Shown: positions 25,512 to 38,690, numbered from the whole stretch's first letter. The stretch is 61,271 bases of DNA, filler included, from Sphacelaria rigidula (GCA_964200075.2; 6 parts of 6 records of this genome joined end to end with filler, not necessarily neighbours in it); one strand, 5' to 3'. Numbers and translations are program-made. The notes: generated by a model not told the origin, from the letters alone.

Positions 25512-28500
25512 GTCTTTCTCATTGATGGACGGATGCGGGAGTTTGAAAATTGTAGTAGACCACGCTGGTCGTTTTCCAACCTCGCCTCTCGCTGGTCATT
25601 ATAAATGTATGAAACAAGGTCCACGGTGCCTGTGGTCACGTGATCACTACACTCGCACAATGCAAAGCACCAGATCCGTTTAAGAGTTTCATGTAGTTTA
25701 GGGATCGTTGGGGTATCTATCGTAAGGAATCGACCTCATTTCATGCAGGTTTCCATCGGAACGACGTTATGGAAGTCAAGACTCGTTTCAAAACATTGTC
25801 GGCGTTTTTTTCCGTTCGCCCTTGTATTATTTGCTTCTTTGTATACAGTAGTGTAATAGAGGAATACGCGGATGTCGATGTACATGTATATTATGCGTGC
25901 TGCTACTCGCACTCGCCCGAAACACCTGTTTGTTGTCGAGATCATTTACCTGCCTACGACGAAATCCTTTTTGTGATGGCATTGGAAGTATAGTACTTCT
26001 CAAAGTAGCTCCAGTTGTTTAGGGTTTTCCTTGCGTACCACTCCTCGATAGAACTTGCAAGTGCTAGCGTCGGTAGATTTTGGTGAAATAAAAAGATCGT
26101 TCTCGAAACATGGTGCTGAAACAGTGTCAGTTAGTCGGTACGCGCCTGGGGTGCCGATTTCAGGTCTGGCAACGCACACTTCGCTTATGGCATCCGTTGC
26201 ACCCCCCTTCCCTGAGGGTTCTCGGTATGTCTTCGTTGGGGTTGGGTTAAGGGTTATTCGGAATGCATCAGCACATGCACAAACCAAAATTTTAAAATTT
26301 CGGAGAAATATCCGTCAACTACCAAGTGGTGAAGTTACCTCCAGTTAATGATATCAGGCGATACGAGAACATACCCCGTTTATCGAAAGGGTTTTATTGA
26401 CAGTGAAATACAGTTCTTCGGCTTTGGTGCAATGCGTAGGTAAAAATATCGAAAAAAAAACAAAGCCTCTTCATTTCGTAACAAAAACGATCGGGACAGA
26501 CTCGATCGACCGAAAACAGAAAGAGGCAGAATATGGGGTTGAAAAGTGGTGGGGCCCCCGATGACCGGTCAGTCCGTGCGTCACTCAATGTTTTCGAACA
26601 AGATGTTTTTTCCTCTTGGAATATGGAGCGGGCGCTAGTATCTCTAGATTCTCAATGTGATGAGCGGTGGCAGGCGCAAGATCCCAAGAAAATCGCCAAT
26701 TACGAAGAAATGGCCAATTACCGCACTTTGAAAGTGAGATACTGTTGTACGCCAAACCACGCTGGTGAAACACCGACTATTTGTGTAGCCAAAGTCAGGG
26801 ATCGCGCCGATTCGCCGGCACTGACTGACCTGTGGTGGGTAGCTCGAATATGTGCAGCCCGTTTGGGAGTGAAGGAACTTTCAGTGTAACTAACTCCTCT
26901 GCAGGCTGCCATCATGCCTCTGTGCGATCGTGCCGAGAACAAGTCAGTTTGTGAATGGTTGACTCTGGGGGCAGCACGGAGAAATTTTTCGGACGAGTAG
27001 CCATCCTTCCCCCACCCGGTGGATGGAAATTGTTCGAAAATTGTCATGATATTTCTTCCGTCAATTTCATTGCAAAAAATTAAACAAGAAACGGAGACAA
27101 AACCCGTCAAGTCCGGTGGGCTTTGCGTGGTTTTCACATCTGCTTCTGCTCCTTGCCCGCTCTGTCCCCATGACCTCAGATGTCGGAAGGCATTTTTCGA
27201 AACTTCTCCTGGATTTTTGGATTTTTTCGTTAATTTTATTGCAAGAAGTTTATCAGTAAGCACTGACAAGAACCGACATGTCTGGTGGGCTTTGCGAGGT
27301 TTATATACATGCTTCTGCCCCTTGCCCGCTTTGTCCCGATGGCCTCAGGTCTCCGTGCTAAGGATCTCTGTCCACGGCAGCTGACCGTTTTCACCAACGC
27401 TTCGGCGATTAACCAGGGGACGAACGGCTGGGGCCCGCCCCCCCCCCCCCCGTGAAAAAATCAATGTTTCAATCTTGGGGCCTACGTGCCCAGAATGTTT
27501 TTTACGCTGCCCCTTGTTTGGCTGTACCTGTTGAAGCATTCCTGTGCCGGGGATCTGCTGAAATGATCGCGGCCGCATGGTCGAAACCAGCGATAACATT
27601 GCACCCTCCGTGGGAATCGGGCGTAGCGTAATGCGGTAGTGTCGTCAATCTACTGTAATGTCAACAAGTACACGGGCGATAAACCCCCCACATAACGTGG
27701 GAGCTGCGGAGGAAACAGACAACTAGGCTGGTTCGCGAGAGAATTTGGGTTCCCGAGGTGAGAGACCGAAATAAATCCAGCACGTACCAGCAGGTTGAAA
27801 AAATATTCGAGACTTGAAGTGACTGCTGTATACTGTGCTGCGGGAGTGAATGCCGTCCGTGGGGCCGCTATGCAAATCAACAGAAGACGGCACGGTATTA
27901 TTACGTTCGCGCACGCATCGATACAGAATGGACGAATCCCTCAACTCTGCCGCCGACCCCCCATCCGCGCGCGCGCCCCGGTCGTCGCCTCCACCCTACA
28001 AGTACAAGGAGCAACGTGCCATGGTCAAAGAAGACGCCTTTTCATGGAGGACCGTAAAGAGTGAACAGCACAATAAACAATGACAGAACGAAACACACAA
28101 ACAGGAGCGCTGCCCTCGGGAGCGCGCGATTGTGGCGACACACATGCGCTAAAATAATCGCCGTAGCTTTTAAAGGGCTTCGTAACCTTTAGAGTACACT
28201 AGTAACATGCGACCTTGCTGGCCAACAAAAAAAAAACTTGCACAGAAATGTGTGAGGCCTTTTCCATCCAAGCAGCACGTCTGATCGGGCACACAAAATG
28301 TGCCTCCTGCGCACACCCACCAATCCACGTCCAGAGATCAAGAGATGCTTCTTATGTTTTTCCACGTGCGTTTTTGATGTGGTTTACGCAGCTCCCGAGC
28401 GGAGCTTCTGAGAAGTTGGATGAAAAAAATATATCATCAACGGGTGGGGTCTCAATTTACCCTCTCCCCCTCACCTCTTCCCGATAAAAAACAAGCACAC

Positions 28501-28618
28501 ACAAAAGCCTTTTCATTGCCGTTCATGTTTTCATCAAATTGAGTAAGACTCCGATGGATCTGGGAACCAACGGGGGATGGATCCCCATGCCACCAAGAAA
28601 AGGCCAGCAGATGACGTT

Positions 28619-29348
28619 TTACACGCCAATCGGCGGTTGAGAGGACACTTCCGGTACCGCTTCGTCTTCGTACTTGGTACTGTCGTCCATGATGATGTCT
28701 TCCCGGAACACAGCCAGCATACCTGCGGCGGGGATACAGCGGGTAGTGGGGTGTGGGGGTGTGAGGGGGATATGTGTCAGTCAATCAATGCAGGCCATCC
28801 AAACAGGGTGTGGACGGGTTGGCATCAGTATCGTCACGCGGTGTACTCAATGACAACACGGCACCGAAACCGTCGTAGGTCACAGTTTCACGACACATAC
28901 AGGAGCGCGCATGAGTTGGAACCCCCACTCCCACGCCAGCCCTCACCTTTTACGACAAAGGAACGCCACATCACGACGATCTCATCCCTTACGCACAACA
29001 CACCATATACAAAAAAACACAGAGAAAAATGTCAAAAGACAACAAGGCTATTTCACGCGAAAATAAACAAAAACACACACAAAAAAAACAGAATCAATAG
29101 CAAAGCCTACCTGCAAATGCAGTGTAGACGATCCAAAGGAAGAAGCAGAATGATGCGAAGGCACGGTCGGCCGGCTTCTCGTCATCATCCGCGCTGGTCG
29201 ACGCGCGCCCGGCGAACACGGCGAACAGTACGAGCATGGTCTGAGACATAATCATCACCACGCCCAGGAAAAAGCCCACGGCCAGGGATGTTCGGTACTT
29301 GCGCATTACCAGGGAGCCTCCCACCGACAATCCGATGAGGAGCAACAC
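28619..29348 (-). CDS. Multi-pass membrane protein of unknown function, last two exons (5'-partial)
   Basis: Exons 29348-29111 and 28722-28619 are phase-compatible with AG/GT ends. They encode three hydrophobic helices (VLLLIGLSVGGSLV; LAVGFFLGVVMIMSQTMLVLFAVF; AFASFCFFLWIVYTAFAGMLAVF) and an acidic tail REDIIMDDSTKYEDEAVPEVSSQPPIGV-stop. Confidence 0.8.
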
Positions 29349-29500
29349 CTGCACGGAAGACACACAAGAGGCCAGCGATTCGTCAACGGTCAGTTCAGTT
29401 CCTTGCGGTCTATATTCCGGCAGCAGATATTATCCCAGACATGAATGGGTCAAGCTCGATGCTCGTACCTACTCAACGAGAGAGGTTCGGTGCAAGTTTT

Positions 29501-29700
29501 TAAGGGCAGGTCGAGTAGAGTATACTCAATTGCGGGGTATTTTGAAACACGTACTTGAGGTAGCCGAATTAGGGTAGAGTGTCAAGAGTCGTACCGAAAA
29601 AAAAAATGGGAAGCGATCCCTGAAACCCTACCCCCAATGCGTGTACTTGAAGTACAGAAATTACCCCGCAATTGAGTATACTCTACTCGACTTGCCCTTG
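29501..29700. mobile_element. 200-bp hAT-type MITE
   Basis: TIRs of about 38 bp (AAGGGCAGGTCGAGTAGAGTATACTCAATTGCGGGGTA and its near-perfect complement). Perfect 8-bp TSD CAAGTTTT at 29493-29500 and 29701-29708. Confidence 0.92.
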
Positions 29701-30514
29701 CAAGTTTTCCCGACAAAGCATTTCAGACTCTCCCTCAACCCTTTGAAGGCGAGGGTGACGCCATCCGTTGGATCGGCATCAATTTCACTTGAAAAAAGTA
29801 TGCGTGATCCAGAGGGACAAGCCTTCCGGCCAAGGAGTGAAGTACCCAGTTCATTCACCAACCATCTCGCGAATTTTTTAGGGTGATGGACAAATGCTTG
29901 GCTGTCTTTGAGACATGATGTGACTCCCATCCCTGTTCGAAACAGTGGTTCATACTGCTTGTATTCGCGTATCGCAGTCTGCGCATTTTTTCGGCACTGC
30001 TGTGCACTCTGTACCGGAGCCAAGTCAGGACACATCGGTTGGTGGCAGTTCGTATGTGAGAGTGCATGTCTTGTGTTTCTCTCCTCTGATCATCCCATCT
30101 TTTTCACCCCCAGGTCTCTTCAACAAGTAGTTCCAAGTTTTCACCTTGGGTACTAGGGACGAGCAGTAGGCTCCAAAATCGGCCTGATATGATATTTGAC
30201 ATGGTGATATTGCGATATGGGCTGATTCCTGACGCACATCCTTATCTACTGCGTGTATCCTGTGACCACGGCTGGGTTCGCAGCGTACAAATAGGCGTGA
30301 GGGATAAGTCAATGAATCAGTTCAACCAACTGCGTCTCCTCATATTTGTGGAACAGTTTTGAATATGTCCCCACGGCTTCATGTTTTCCTTCTCGATTGA
30401 GTATGAATGCGTGTGCTATTAATTACTGCGCAAGACCTTTTCCATCTGGAGCCACGTTGCAGAGGCCGACTTTTTTTAGATCCTTTTTCATGTTTTTTTT
30501 CTGTTGCCTCTACT

Positions 30515-30587
30515 GTCGCCCCGGTGGCTCAGTTGGAAACCTCGTGACCTTCTGATGGTTGAGTAGGGGGGTTCGATTCCCGCAGCG
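30515..30587 (+). mobile_element. tRNA-derived SINE head, truncated by the contig end
   Basis: GTCGCCCCGGTGGCTCAGTTGG..GGTTCGATTCCC, the same head as the 9392 and 16092 copies. Confidence 0.8.
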
Positions 30588-30687
30588 NNNNNNNNNNNNN
30601 NNNNNNNNNNNNNNNNNNNNNNNNNNNNNNNTTAATTAATTAANNNNNNNNNNNNNNNNNNNNNNNNNNNNNNNNNNNNNNNNNNNN
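30588..30687. other. Artificial contig linker
   Basis: N44-TTAATTAATTAA-N44. Confidence 0.98.
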
Positions 30688-30839
30688 TTGGGCACCATCG
30701 CTAAAAGTGTGAGGAAAGCACTGCTTTAGGCTTGAACCTCATCTCGGAGTCAAACCTCAATTCCCACAATTTATTGTTTCTTACGTATTTGGTTCGACAA
30801 ACGCTGTTTGACTGATGGTCACCTGCACAAGCTTGTCCG

Positions 30840-33800
30840 GGAGAATGGCATCAACTAAGCGGTCATGACCTACTGTCAGGTATTGGAGCCGTTGCATCTC
30901 GCGCACGATGTCGCATCCACCTTCATCAGCGGAGCACACATGGACAAAAATCATCATAGTCAACTCGACGAGACCGGTCGCATTTTGAGGATGAGTCTGC
31001 GGGTGGCGACTGACGATAAGGAAGCTGGCGACAAGACAGCCGCGTTGCGGTGGCAGCAACTTCAGTTTGATTTTGCTACGGCATCCGCAACGTGGATTAA
31101 TGAGCAGGAAAGCCGTAAGGCGATACAGTCATACACTTACACGGCTACGAACCCCAACACGGCGGACGGGGCAAAGGGAGCAACCGGGAACGTCTTCGAT
31201 GGGCCGGACGCCGCATTTCACCGGGTGTTCAAGGACGCACTCAGCGTGGCGAAGTCCACGACTTGAGCGAAAGCCCAGGGACGGATTCAGAAGAACCCGC
31301 GCCACAGCAACAAGAATTCGTTCACTATGGGAATGAGGGAAGTGCCCTACGTGTCTGCGTGGGCGCACCCATACATTTTCGACAGTATCACCATCTACGA
31401 ACTCGTGAGTGCATGAATTGTTCGCAACAGCGGCCGGTTTACATAATATGGAGATAATGTGAAACCTAAACAATATGTTAATAGCGACGTCAGTATATCC
31501 GACACAGACATCGAATGGGTGCACTCCCATTCAAACGGGGAATGAATGTCTTACAATAACGAAGGCATATTAGACTCGGTTTCTGAAACCGACCCGCGTG
31601 CATCATTCATGTCGTAAAAAATAAATGTATTATGCATCATTCAAACTCCGATAGTTATACGCTTACCGGCATGCCATTTCGGAATTCGTTCGTCCCTGTG
31701 TGTGATGCCAATAGTCAACTTAAGATGCATAACTTACTTCATCATTGGAGCAGTATACCGGCGGATTAACTGGGATGGAAAGGCTACCATCAACAACTCA
31801 GTCCAACAAGCCTCAGGAGCAAGAATTACATACAACTGGCAATCGTCCATCCCCATACACATCGCAGGTATTCTCTCCGTTTTCAAGTTGAGGTTCATGC
31901 AGCCACTGTCTGATATATCCATACCTTGGAGCAGATGACGGATACACCACAAGGAGCCAAGGACACGACGAAGGCGGCGACCAGACGGAAGTTCGTCGTC
32001 ATCTATGCCCGTCCGGGGATGCTGCACACGCAGCATCTTGCGGAAGGTTCTACGGATGTATGCGACGAATTTAGAGCCGTAGTAAATATCCTCAAGTGTG
32101 AGGATGATGCCCTGGAGTTCAACAAGCTGTTGTTGGTGAGTGATCTGCCCAAACACCAGGTATATGACGGTGGCCCACATTTCCTGACTGAGACGGAGAG
32201 GAAGTACATCAACGGCGTAATATTCCCTGGCGGCATCAGCGACGCAGTGGCCACGAAGGCGGATGCTGCTCCCACCCCCGAACGAGCAGCCACCCTACCC
32301 GGTGAGTTCTTACAACCCCTTGATAAAATATGATTATTCCAGATGTGTACATGTGTTCGTGGGTGATACGTGGGGCCGACGTTTCAGTAAGAAGCGCGAC
32401 AGATTGTTTGCGTTCATAACTTACGTGGTGCACGGCGTATTGCACCATATATGGTCACATAATGGTGATGAGCTTCAAGGCCTGCCAAACTCACTTTGCG
32501 TCCGAATATCGGATGGAAGGTGGTCTTCTACTTATTCGATACGTTCATTATTCCATCACTACTCGCAAAATTTTGTGCATCACGCACAATTGTAGACCGA
32601 CAGTCGCCTTCTGAAACCGGGAGAGAGAATGCTCGATACCCACGGATCTCATCAGCTGTTGGATAAACGGAGGATGTTCATGCACATAACGCGGAGTAAC
32701 AATATGTCCTCATCGGTTATACTCACTCATCGCGGTAGGCGAAGCATGTTACATGCCACAAGATTTTACACACATGATAAGTCCAACAACATACAACGGC
32801 AACACACACTCCCTCATCCTCACTCTCTTATCTCTGCACAGACATCAACATTGAGGCGCACACCATTGAATTCAGGATCGACGACGACGAGTCTCCGCCG
32901 ACAACGATGCCTGCACCTCTTCCTTTGTGTAAGGCGCTCGAGAAGGTCATTGGCGGATCCAATGGTGGGATTCACCTAAGAGTGAAAAACAAATAAGACC
33001 CACTGGTGAGTTATTCTAGCGACATCATTGACCTAACGCTACCGTTCCCTCTCTATCCTCGATTTGATAACTGGATAAGACCATATCAAATGCTGCTGTG
33101 TACTGCGACATGTGGGCGGGATAATGTTGATTTTCCGATGCGTTACAGTGGAGACGATGAGATGTTCAAGACGATGTTTGAATGCTGACGATGCGGTGGT
33201 AGCTGTTGCAATTGTGGCGCGGAATATGGTGCGGTATGCAAAACAGGTGTACATGACCACGACGCAGATGACCCAAACTCCTCGTCAGCTTGAGAATCAC
33301 AGGACCACCATCGACGGTGAATAATCACGATGTTTTATCGCCGCCCTCATATCAACTGCTATGCCGACAGGAACCCCATCAAAATCGTACACGCTCGGAC
33401 AGCAGAAGAAGGGTAAAGGGAAGGCGCATCAAACTCCAACCCCCCCCCCCCCGCCGACGTAAACGAGCCCACGGGGGGTGATGATGGTGGTCTGGGGGAT
33501 GCCGGGCGCGGTAATGCCGTTGCCGATGGGATTATCGAGGTGGATAAGACACCAGGTGTGTGTGTGGGGGGGGGGGGGGACCACCCCAGCGTTGGGACTT
33601 CCGACAACAGCTTGCCGACGGGCAGACATGCCGCCGACAAGAGACGTGGCGCAGGCACACGCGCGCCTAACGCTAAGCGGAGGAAGGGGGACAAGCGCTG
33701 CGTGTCCCCAGCCCCTAATTTAGACAAAACCTCTTCGGTGCCTCCTTCACAACCGCCGAACCCTGTCTCGTCATCGGAGGATGGCACTGTCGCTGTCCGT

Positions 33801-34914
33801 GGTACCGATAGTGGAGATGACGTCAACAGGCGCAACAATAACGGCGGCGCGGCGTGCGGAGGAAGTCCGCGCAGAAGGGGGGGTAAATTTGATGTGAGCG
33901 ACTTCCGCGACAAGGATGTCGTCGGAGACAGAGACCGTGAAGAGGATAGTTGTGATAGTGATCCGAACAAGAAGGAGTCGATGGTCTCCAAGAAGCGACA
34001 CAAGGAAGGTGGCGTCTATGCATCCGATGAAGATGACTCAAGCGGATCCGAATCATTCTCCCACCCGGGACCCGACGACGCCATCAGCGAACCCCACAGG
34101 GATGGGAGAGCGGGCAGTCCTATGGCCGTAGGCGGTGGTGGCGCTTTGGTTGGTGCAAGTGCCGTTCACTCTCCTGGTGGGTGAGGATATATTGCATTCA
34201 CGCGTGCAGGAAATTAAAAAGTAACGGACAAACTACATACATCTGACTGTACAAACAGAGATACAATAATAATGTGAAATAACGGCACTCGCCTCGCGAT
34301 AAATTAAAACGAAGGTAACGCCCCCCGGTTTCTCAAACCGGGACGGTGCCATCTGTGTCGCCGGAGTATTTATTTCTCGCAATTCCCTAGTCTGTACGAA
34401 GCATTCGAGAACGCTACGTATCGCGAGGTGCGTAAACACGACGGTGTTCGTTGCCCCCATCCCAATATTTGCATCGCAGTGTTACAGCGAAGCTGCGGCA
34501 GGTTATCAACGAAATCCACGCTAAGATCTCGGCAGGATTGATCCCCAATAAGGAGGCGGACGTGTGGAACGCGGTGGTTACTGACCTGCAAGATGCAATG
34601 GAACGCGACGACTCCACAACAGCCCAAGAACGTCCACTTGCTCGGAACCTAGACGTCGGCGACCGCACCCGCAAAGAAGGACATGCGTTCTCTACGGCCT
34701 ACGTATTCGCACCGTATTGGACAACGCCCCAAAAAAGGGCGCAAATAAACTGTCTCAATCAGAGTTTAATGACGAAGTGTCCGGGCGGTACATTTTTTCC
34801 CCCGAAGATGGGCATGGATCCCTCTTCCAGTTCCTTATGGATAAAGAACGGGAGTTCCTTAAGTCTGCCGCGGATGCCGCGATGTGGCGTAAGACGGAAG
34901 GTGGCGTAGAGTAG
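30840..34914 (+). pseudogene. Decayed multi-exon gene of unknown function, possibly transposon-borne
   Basis: Protein-like segments at about 30865-31330, 31936-32302, 32841-33005, 33062-33316 (Cys-rich, with stops), 33371-34180 and 34480-34910. Several are bounded by CAG or GTGAG. In-frame stops and frameshifts are present and no family is recognised. Confidence 0.5.
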
Positions 34915-36114
34915 AGACGTACCACCCGGGGAGGGGGTTCGGCGGGCCAATACTGAGTAGGAGTTGATGTCGCAGACGTAGTGTGTAGGCCTATCCGGGA
35001 CGTTTATGGGGTGGGGGTGGGGGGGTGAGCTTCATTACGCCCAAGCAATCGCTCGCAATTTTACACCGCTTCACTCGCCGAGTGGATTCCCCTCCGTTGT
35101 ATTGTGCTCGAATACATGTTGACCCCGACGAACAAAGCAATGGTGCTTCGTTTCCCCTACGCGTCGAGAAGTTCTTAAATGGTTTTGTGGCAGGACGGAG
35201 ACGGTGGCTGCCTTGGTCCTTCATGCCTTGGCCTGTAGGTCATGCGTATTTTCTACATGTTTCTGGATATCTGTTGACGGGCAAAAGGGGTATTCTCATC
35301 GAGTCGCGTGAGTGGCGTGGGAATCGCTCTTTTAGCAGTGATGTTGTACTCTCAGTGAAGCTCATCTATGCTAAGTCCACGTAATGCCCATGTAATTTGG
35401 CCATGAACGGTTTCATTTGATCATGACGACTTCGGCGTTGTTCGCGTCGGCGTCCGGTTCGTGGCGTGGTGTGTCGTCGAGGCTTCATCTTCCTCATAGG
35501 CAGGCTGAGGTAGCCCCCCCAAAGAACCAGCTCGAACCCCCCACGGAGGAAGTGGCCGTACAGCGCCTTATATTTGGTTTCAGGGTGTATGAAGCGACTC
35601 GTTGGGACGACTACGGCGAACGCCCCCCCAATCCCTGATTTTCGAAGCTGCTCGTTGTGCCCGGCTTTTTTCGTATCGATTTACGTGTAGATTTGGCGTC
35701 CCAAAATCAGCCATTTCTTGTGAAGGGGCTATCTCGGCATCAGGACTGTAACATGCTCCTTGCCGGATGATGGGTGTTTTCGACCTCGCACAAAAACTTC
35801 CAGGTGTGAGGGATTGTAACGAGGCTGCGGTTCCAATATTGGGTTGTTCCTTTGCAGCAGTTTCGCCCACGTGAGAAGAGTGTACTAGCCCTAATTCAGT
35901 TATAACACCCAAAAGGGTCGGTTCGTCCTCGCGAAACCAGCTCGAATGGTCTATATTTTCACCCCCTCTGTACACTTTTGTGGCCGGTTTGTGGGGGGGC
36001 TATCTCAGCAGGAGTCGTAGCCCGTGACGTAACGCCACTCTTGTCATTGATGGCCATTGTTCGCCCATGCATTTAACAAAGGCTGTGAAGCGACGTCACT
36101 AATCTGCCGACGAT

Positions 36115-36648
36115 CAGGGTTACTCATCACACCCAGGTGATTCTCTGCACTCAAGTATTACTAACAGCGCTTACTCAATATTTAAGTAGATTCTTGGAGG
36201 TTGTAATTGATATACTCAAACTTTCAGTAGAGTATTTGAGGCCGTACCCGATCTACCTAAATTTTGAGGCCGTACTCGACCTCCTCAATATTTGAGTAGA
36301 CTATTGAGGTTAATACCCGAGTGATACTCTATACTCAAGTATTCCGGATAGTGCTTACTCAGTATTTGAGAAGAGTATTGGAGGTCGTACTCGACGTACT
36401 CAAAAACTGAGTAGAGTATTTGACGCCGTACTCAATGTGTGACCCCGGCTGGTGCGCTCATATATACCGAAAGGTGTAGACCGGCGTCCGGAATAGAGGG
36501 GGCAATAACACACACACTCAATTCACCCAAAATTTGGGTAGAGTATTGAAGGTTGTACTCGACCTACTCAAGGTTTAAGTTGCGTGAATACTCGGGTATT
36601 TTACTCTAGTACTGAAAAGTACCTACTCTTCTACCTGACCTGCCCTTG
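36115..36648. mobile_element. hAT-like MITE with TACTC/GAGTA subrepeats, related to 29501-29700
   Basis: Repeated GAGTAGAGTATT(T/G)GAGG..GTACTCGAC. The right end GACCTGCCCTTG matches the TIR of the 29501 element. The left boundary is approximate. Confidence 0.65.
36437..36515 (+). mobile_element. 5'-truncated SINE copy with 7-bp TSD
   Basis: GTGTGACCCCGGCTGGTGCG..GTGTAGACCGGCGTCCGGAATAGA..ACACACAC. ACTCAAT is duplicated at 36430-36436 and 36516-36522. Confidence 0.8.
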
Positions 36649-36649
36649 G

Positions 36650-36900
36650 AAAACTTCTTTTCAATTTCTTCCACTTACTTCCGTGAAAGCACATATGATT
36701 CCATGCAGGTTCGTTCGTCAAAATATTCGCACGGACCTTCCATGGAAGCCCGAAACTTCGATGGGAATTGCTTCGAGATGGCTTCCATGGAAGTCGGCCA
36801 TTTTAGAACCTATAAACTTTCACGGAAGTAAACTCGACCACCTTCCATCGACGCTATCGTCGACTTTCACGAGCTTCCATGAACGCTCGTGCATGTACGA
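36650..36900. repeat. Repeat with palindromic CTTCCATGGAAG subunits (likely a MITE remnant)
   Basis: CTTCCATGGAAG occurs twice, with variants ACTTCCGTGAAAG and ACTTTCACGGAAG. Confidence 0.55.
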
Positions 36901-36999
36901 CACTTAGTGTGGGATCTCGATCACGCAGCCCACAACAACACCTATCTACAGCAGCGCATTTTTGACTGTCTGATGACAATATTCAGGCCGCGACAACAC

Positions 37000-38190
37000 A
37001 TACACGTCACTCTTCAATGTACGAGCGTTCCTCGACGTATACCACGCTGACTTCTCAACCCTTTTGGAATCAATTGAATATTCTTGTTTTGTGAATCGGC
37101 ATCATTTACAGTCATTTTCAAACCAAAATGATGCCGATCACGAAAAAAAATCGTCAATGGGTTCCAAAAGCGTTGAGGTCGTCGATCATGCTTGCCGCTT
37201 ACCTAGGAAACACTTCTTGGTCGATTTTGATGTGGGTGTGCCCCACCATCTTGAAGTTCACCTCGATCACGTCCACGATGCCCTTCACCACTACCATCCC
37301 GGCGTACGCAAGAAAGAAGTTGTTTTTGTTCTCCGAGGCGGCGTTGTCCACCTGAGTGGTTGCCGGTAAGAGGCGCTGGGGGGCGGGGGCTTGAAGCCGG
37401 TGATAAGAGATAATCGAAATCCTCTTTTTTGTCTGTGGACAAGAATATTTCAAGTAACGACCTGAGGATCGTAACTGGTAGTTCTCGGTTCGGCACCCGC
37501 CTCGTTACGACAATAATTCACACCCTTTTCTTCAAAATGAGGATATATGTATTTTTTTGGGATGAACCTTCGGAACCTTCATAGGCGTCTAAATGTTTTC
37601 GAAAAAAAAATGAAAATACATTCTCCGGTTGCGATGAGGTGGCGTTGCTCGCCCTAGGAAAAAAATCACCCACACTTTGTGGAATCGTGCTTCCCAGGCA
37701 TTGTGAAAAATAGGAACGGTTTCTTGTACCGGCGTGACCGGAGGGAAAAAGTAGTTCCGAAACAATATAGGATTTCACAAATTAAAGATGGACTATTGTT
37801 GAGGATGAGCGAGGCCGAACGTCATTGTCGGAGAGTGCCGATGTATTTTTATTTCGCAAATATTTCGATGCCGATGAAGCTTCCCAAGGTCCATCTTCAA
37901 TTCAGAAACTGTCCGCAACTTTTTTTATGGCGGGGTAGTTGACAAGTGGACAAGCCGAAATCGTCAACAATTGCGGTGGGCTTCACAACAGCGTACTGTA
38001 GGACGGTACTGCTGCATAACCTCCTGGTGCTGCAGGCATAGTGTATGCACGCGATACATGCATATGGCAACGTTGACCACCAGTAGCACCTCCTTCGTCG
38101 CGGCGTGGGTGACCATAGCAGGCTTGTGGGGCATGGCCTCTCCGTACCTCTTACTGAAGCTGTCCAACCGTGTGTACGCGAAGCGTGATG
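37000..38190 (-). pseudogene. Fragmented DDE transposase, Sola-like (DUF7869-type)
   Basis: QVDNAASENKNNFFLAYAGMVVVKGIVDVIEVNFKMVGHTHIKIDQ (about 37360-37220) matches the DN..(E/Q)NKN...GHTH..ID catalytic core. LDSFSKRYGEAMPHK lies upstream (about 38167-38120). The sequence is broken by stops and MITE insertions, and protein-like remnants may continue to about 35000. Confidence 0.7.
37059..37172. mobile_element. piggyBac-like mini-MITE inserted in the transposase
   Basis: CCCTTTTGGAA...TTCCAAAAGCG flanked by TCAA and TTGA (degenerate TTAA), with inner palindrome ATCGGCATCATTT/TTTT..AAATGATGCCGAT. Sister copy at 45774-45897. Confidence 0.75.
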
Positions 38191-38264
38191 ATGGGCCCCG
38201 GGGCTAGGCTTTTTCTATTTACGCGCGCACAACGATTCGCATAATACCTGTTTTTTGTGCATAA

Positions 38265-38690
38265 GACCGGGTGTTATGGCACACGATTGTTTTGGTCCGG
38301 GTTTTTTCAATTTGGGGACGCTTGATCCAGGTTTTGACCCCAATAGAGGGGAACTCGCCAACACACGACTTGGACACTATGCATCACCCTGCGGAGAGTA
38401 TAGTACCCTAGCCAACGTTTCGGATTCCCCTGGCTCCGAGGTTTCGAGAGTGACTGCTGAACAAAAAATAGGGGGGGGAAAAGTCTGCGGCGATCTACCC
38501 GCCAAAACGCGTGAAAATTCGTCCAGATCGCCGCAGAATTTCTTCCCCACACGAATTTGTTGTCCAGTGGTCACTCTCGAAACGTCACAGCTAAGGGGAT
38601 CTCAAATGTGGGCTAGGCTTCTCTGGATCAAACGTTTCGAAACCAAAAAAATATCCGGGCCAAAACGATAACGTGCCATCACATTCGGCC
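38265..38690. mobile_element. Harbinger/Tourist-like MITE
   Basis: GACCGGGTGTTATGGCAC..GTTTTGGTCCGG pairs with CCGGGCCAAAAC..GTGCCATCACATTCGGCC. The left flank is TAA. Confidence 0.7.

Noticed and set aside
30515..30587. Possible tRNA gene
   Set aside because: It has the same head as the SINE copies that continue into a non-tRNA body, and no convincing acceptor stem or cloverleaf is present.
36120..36640. TACTC/GAGTA periodic repeats as a possible array or iteron set
   Set aside because: They share a terminus with the 29501-29700 hAT MITE and are irregularly spaced.
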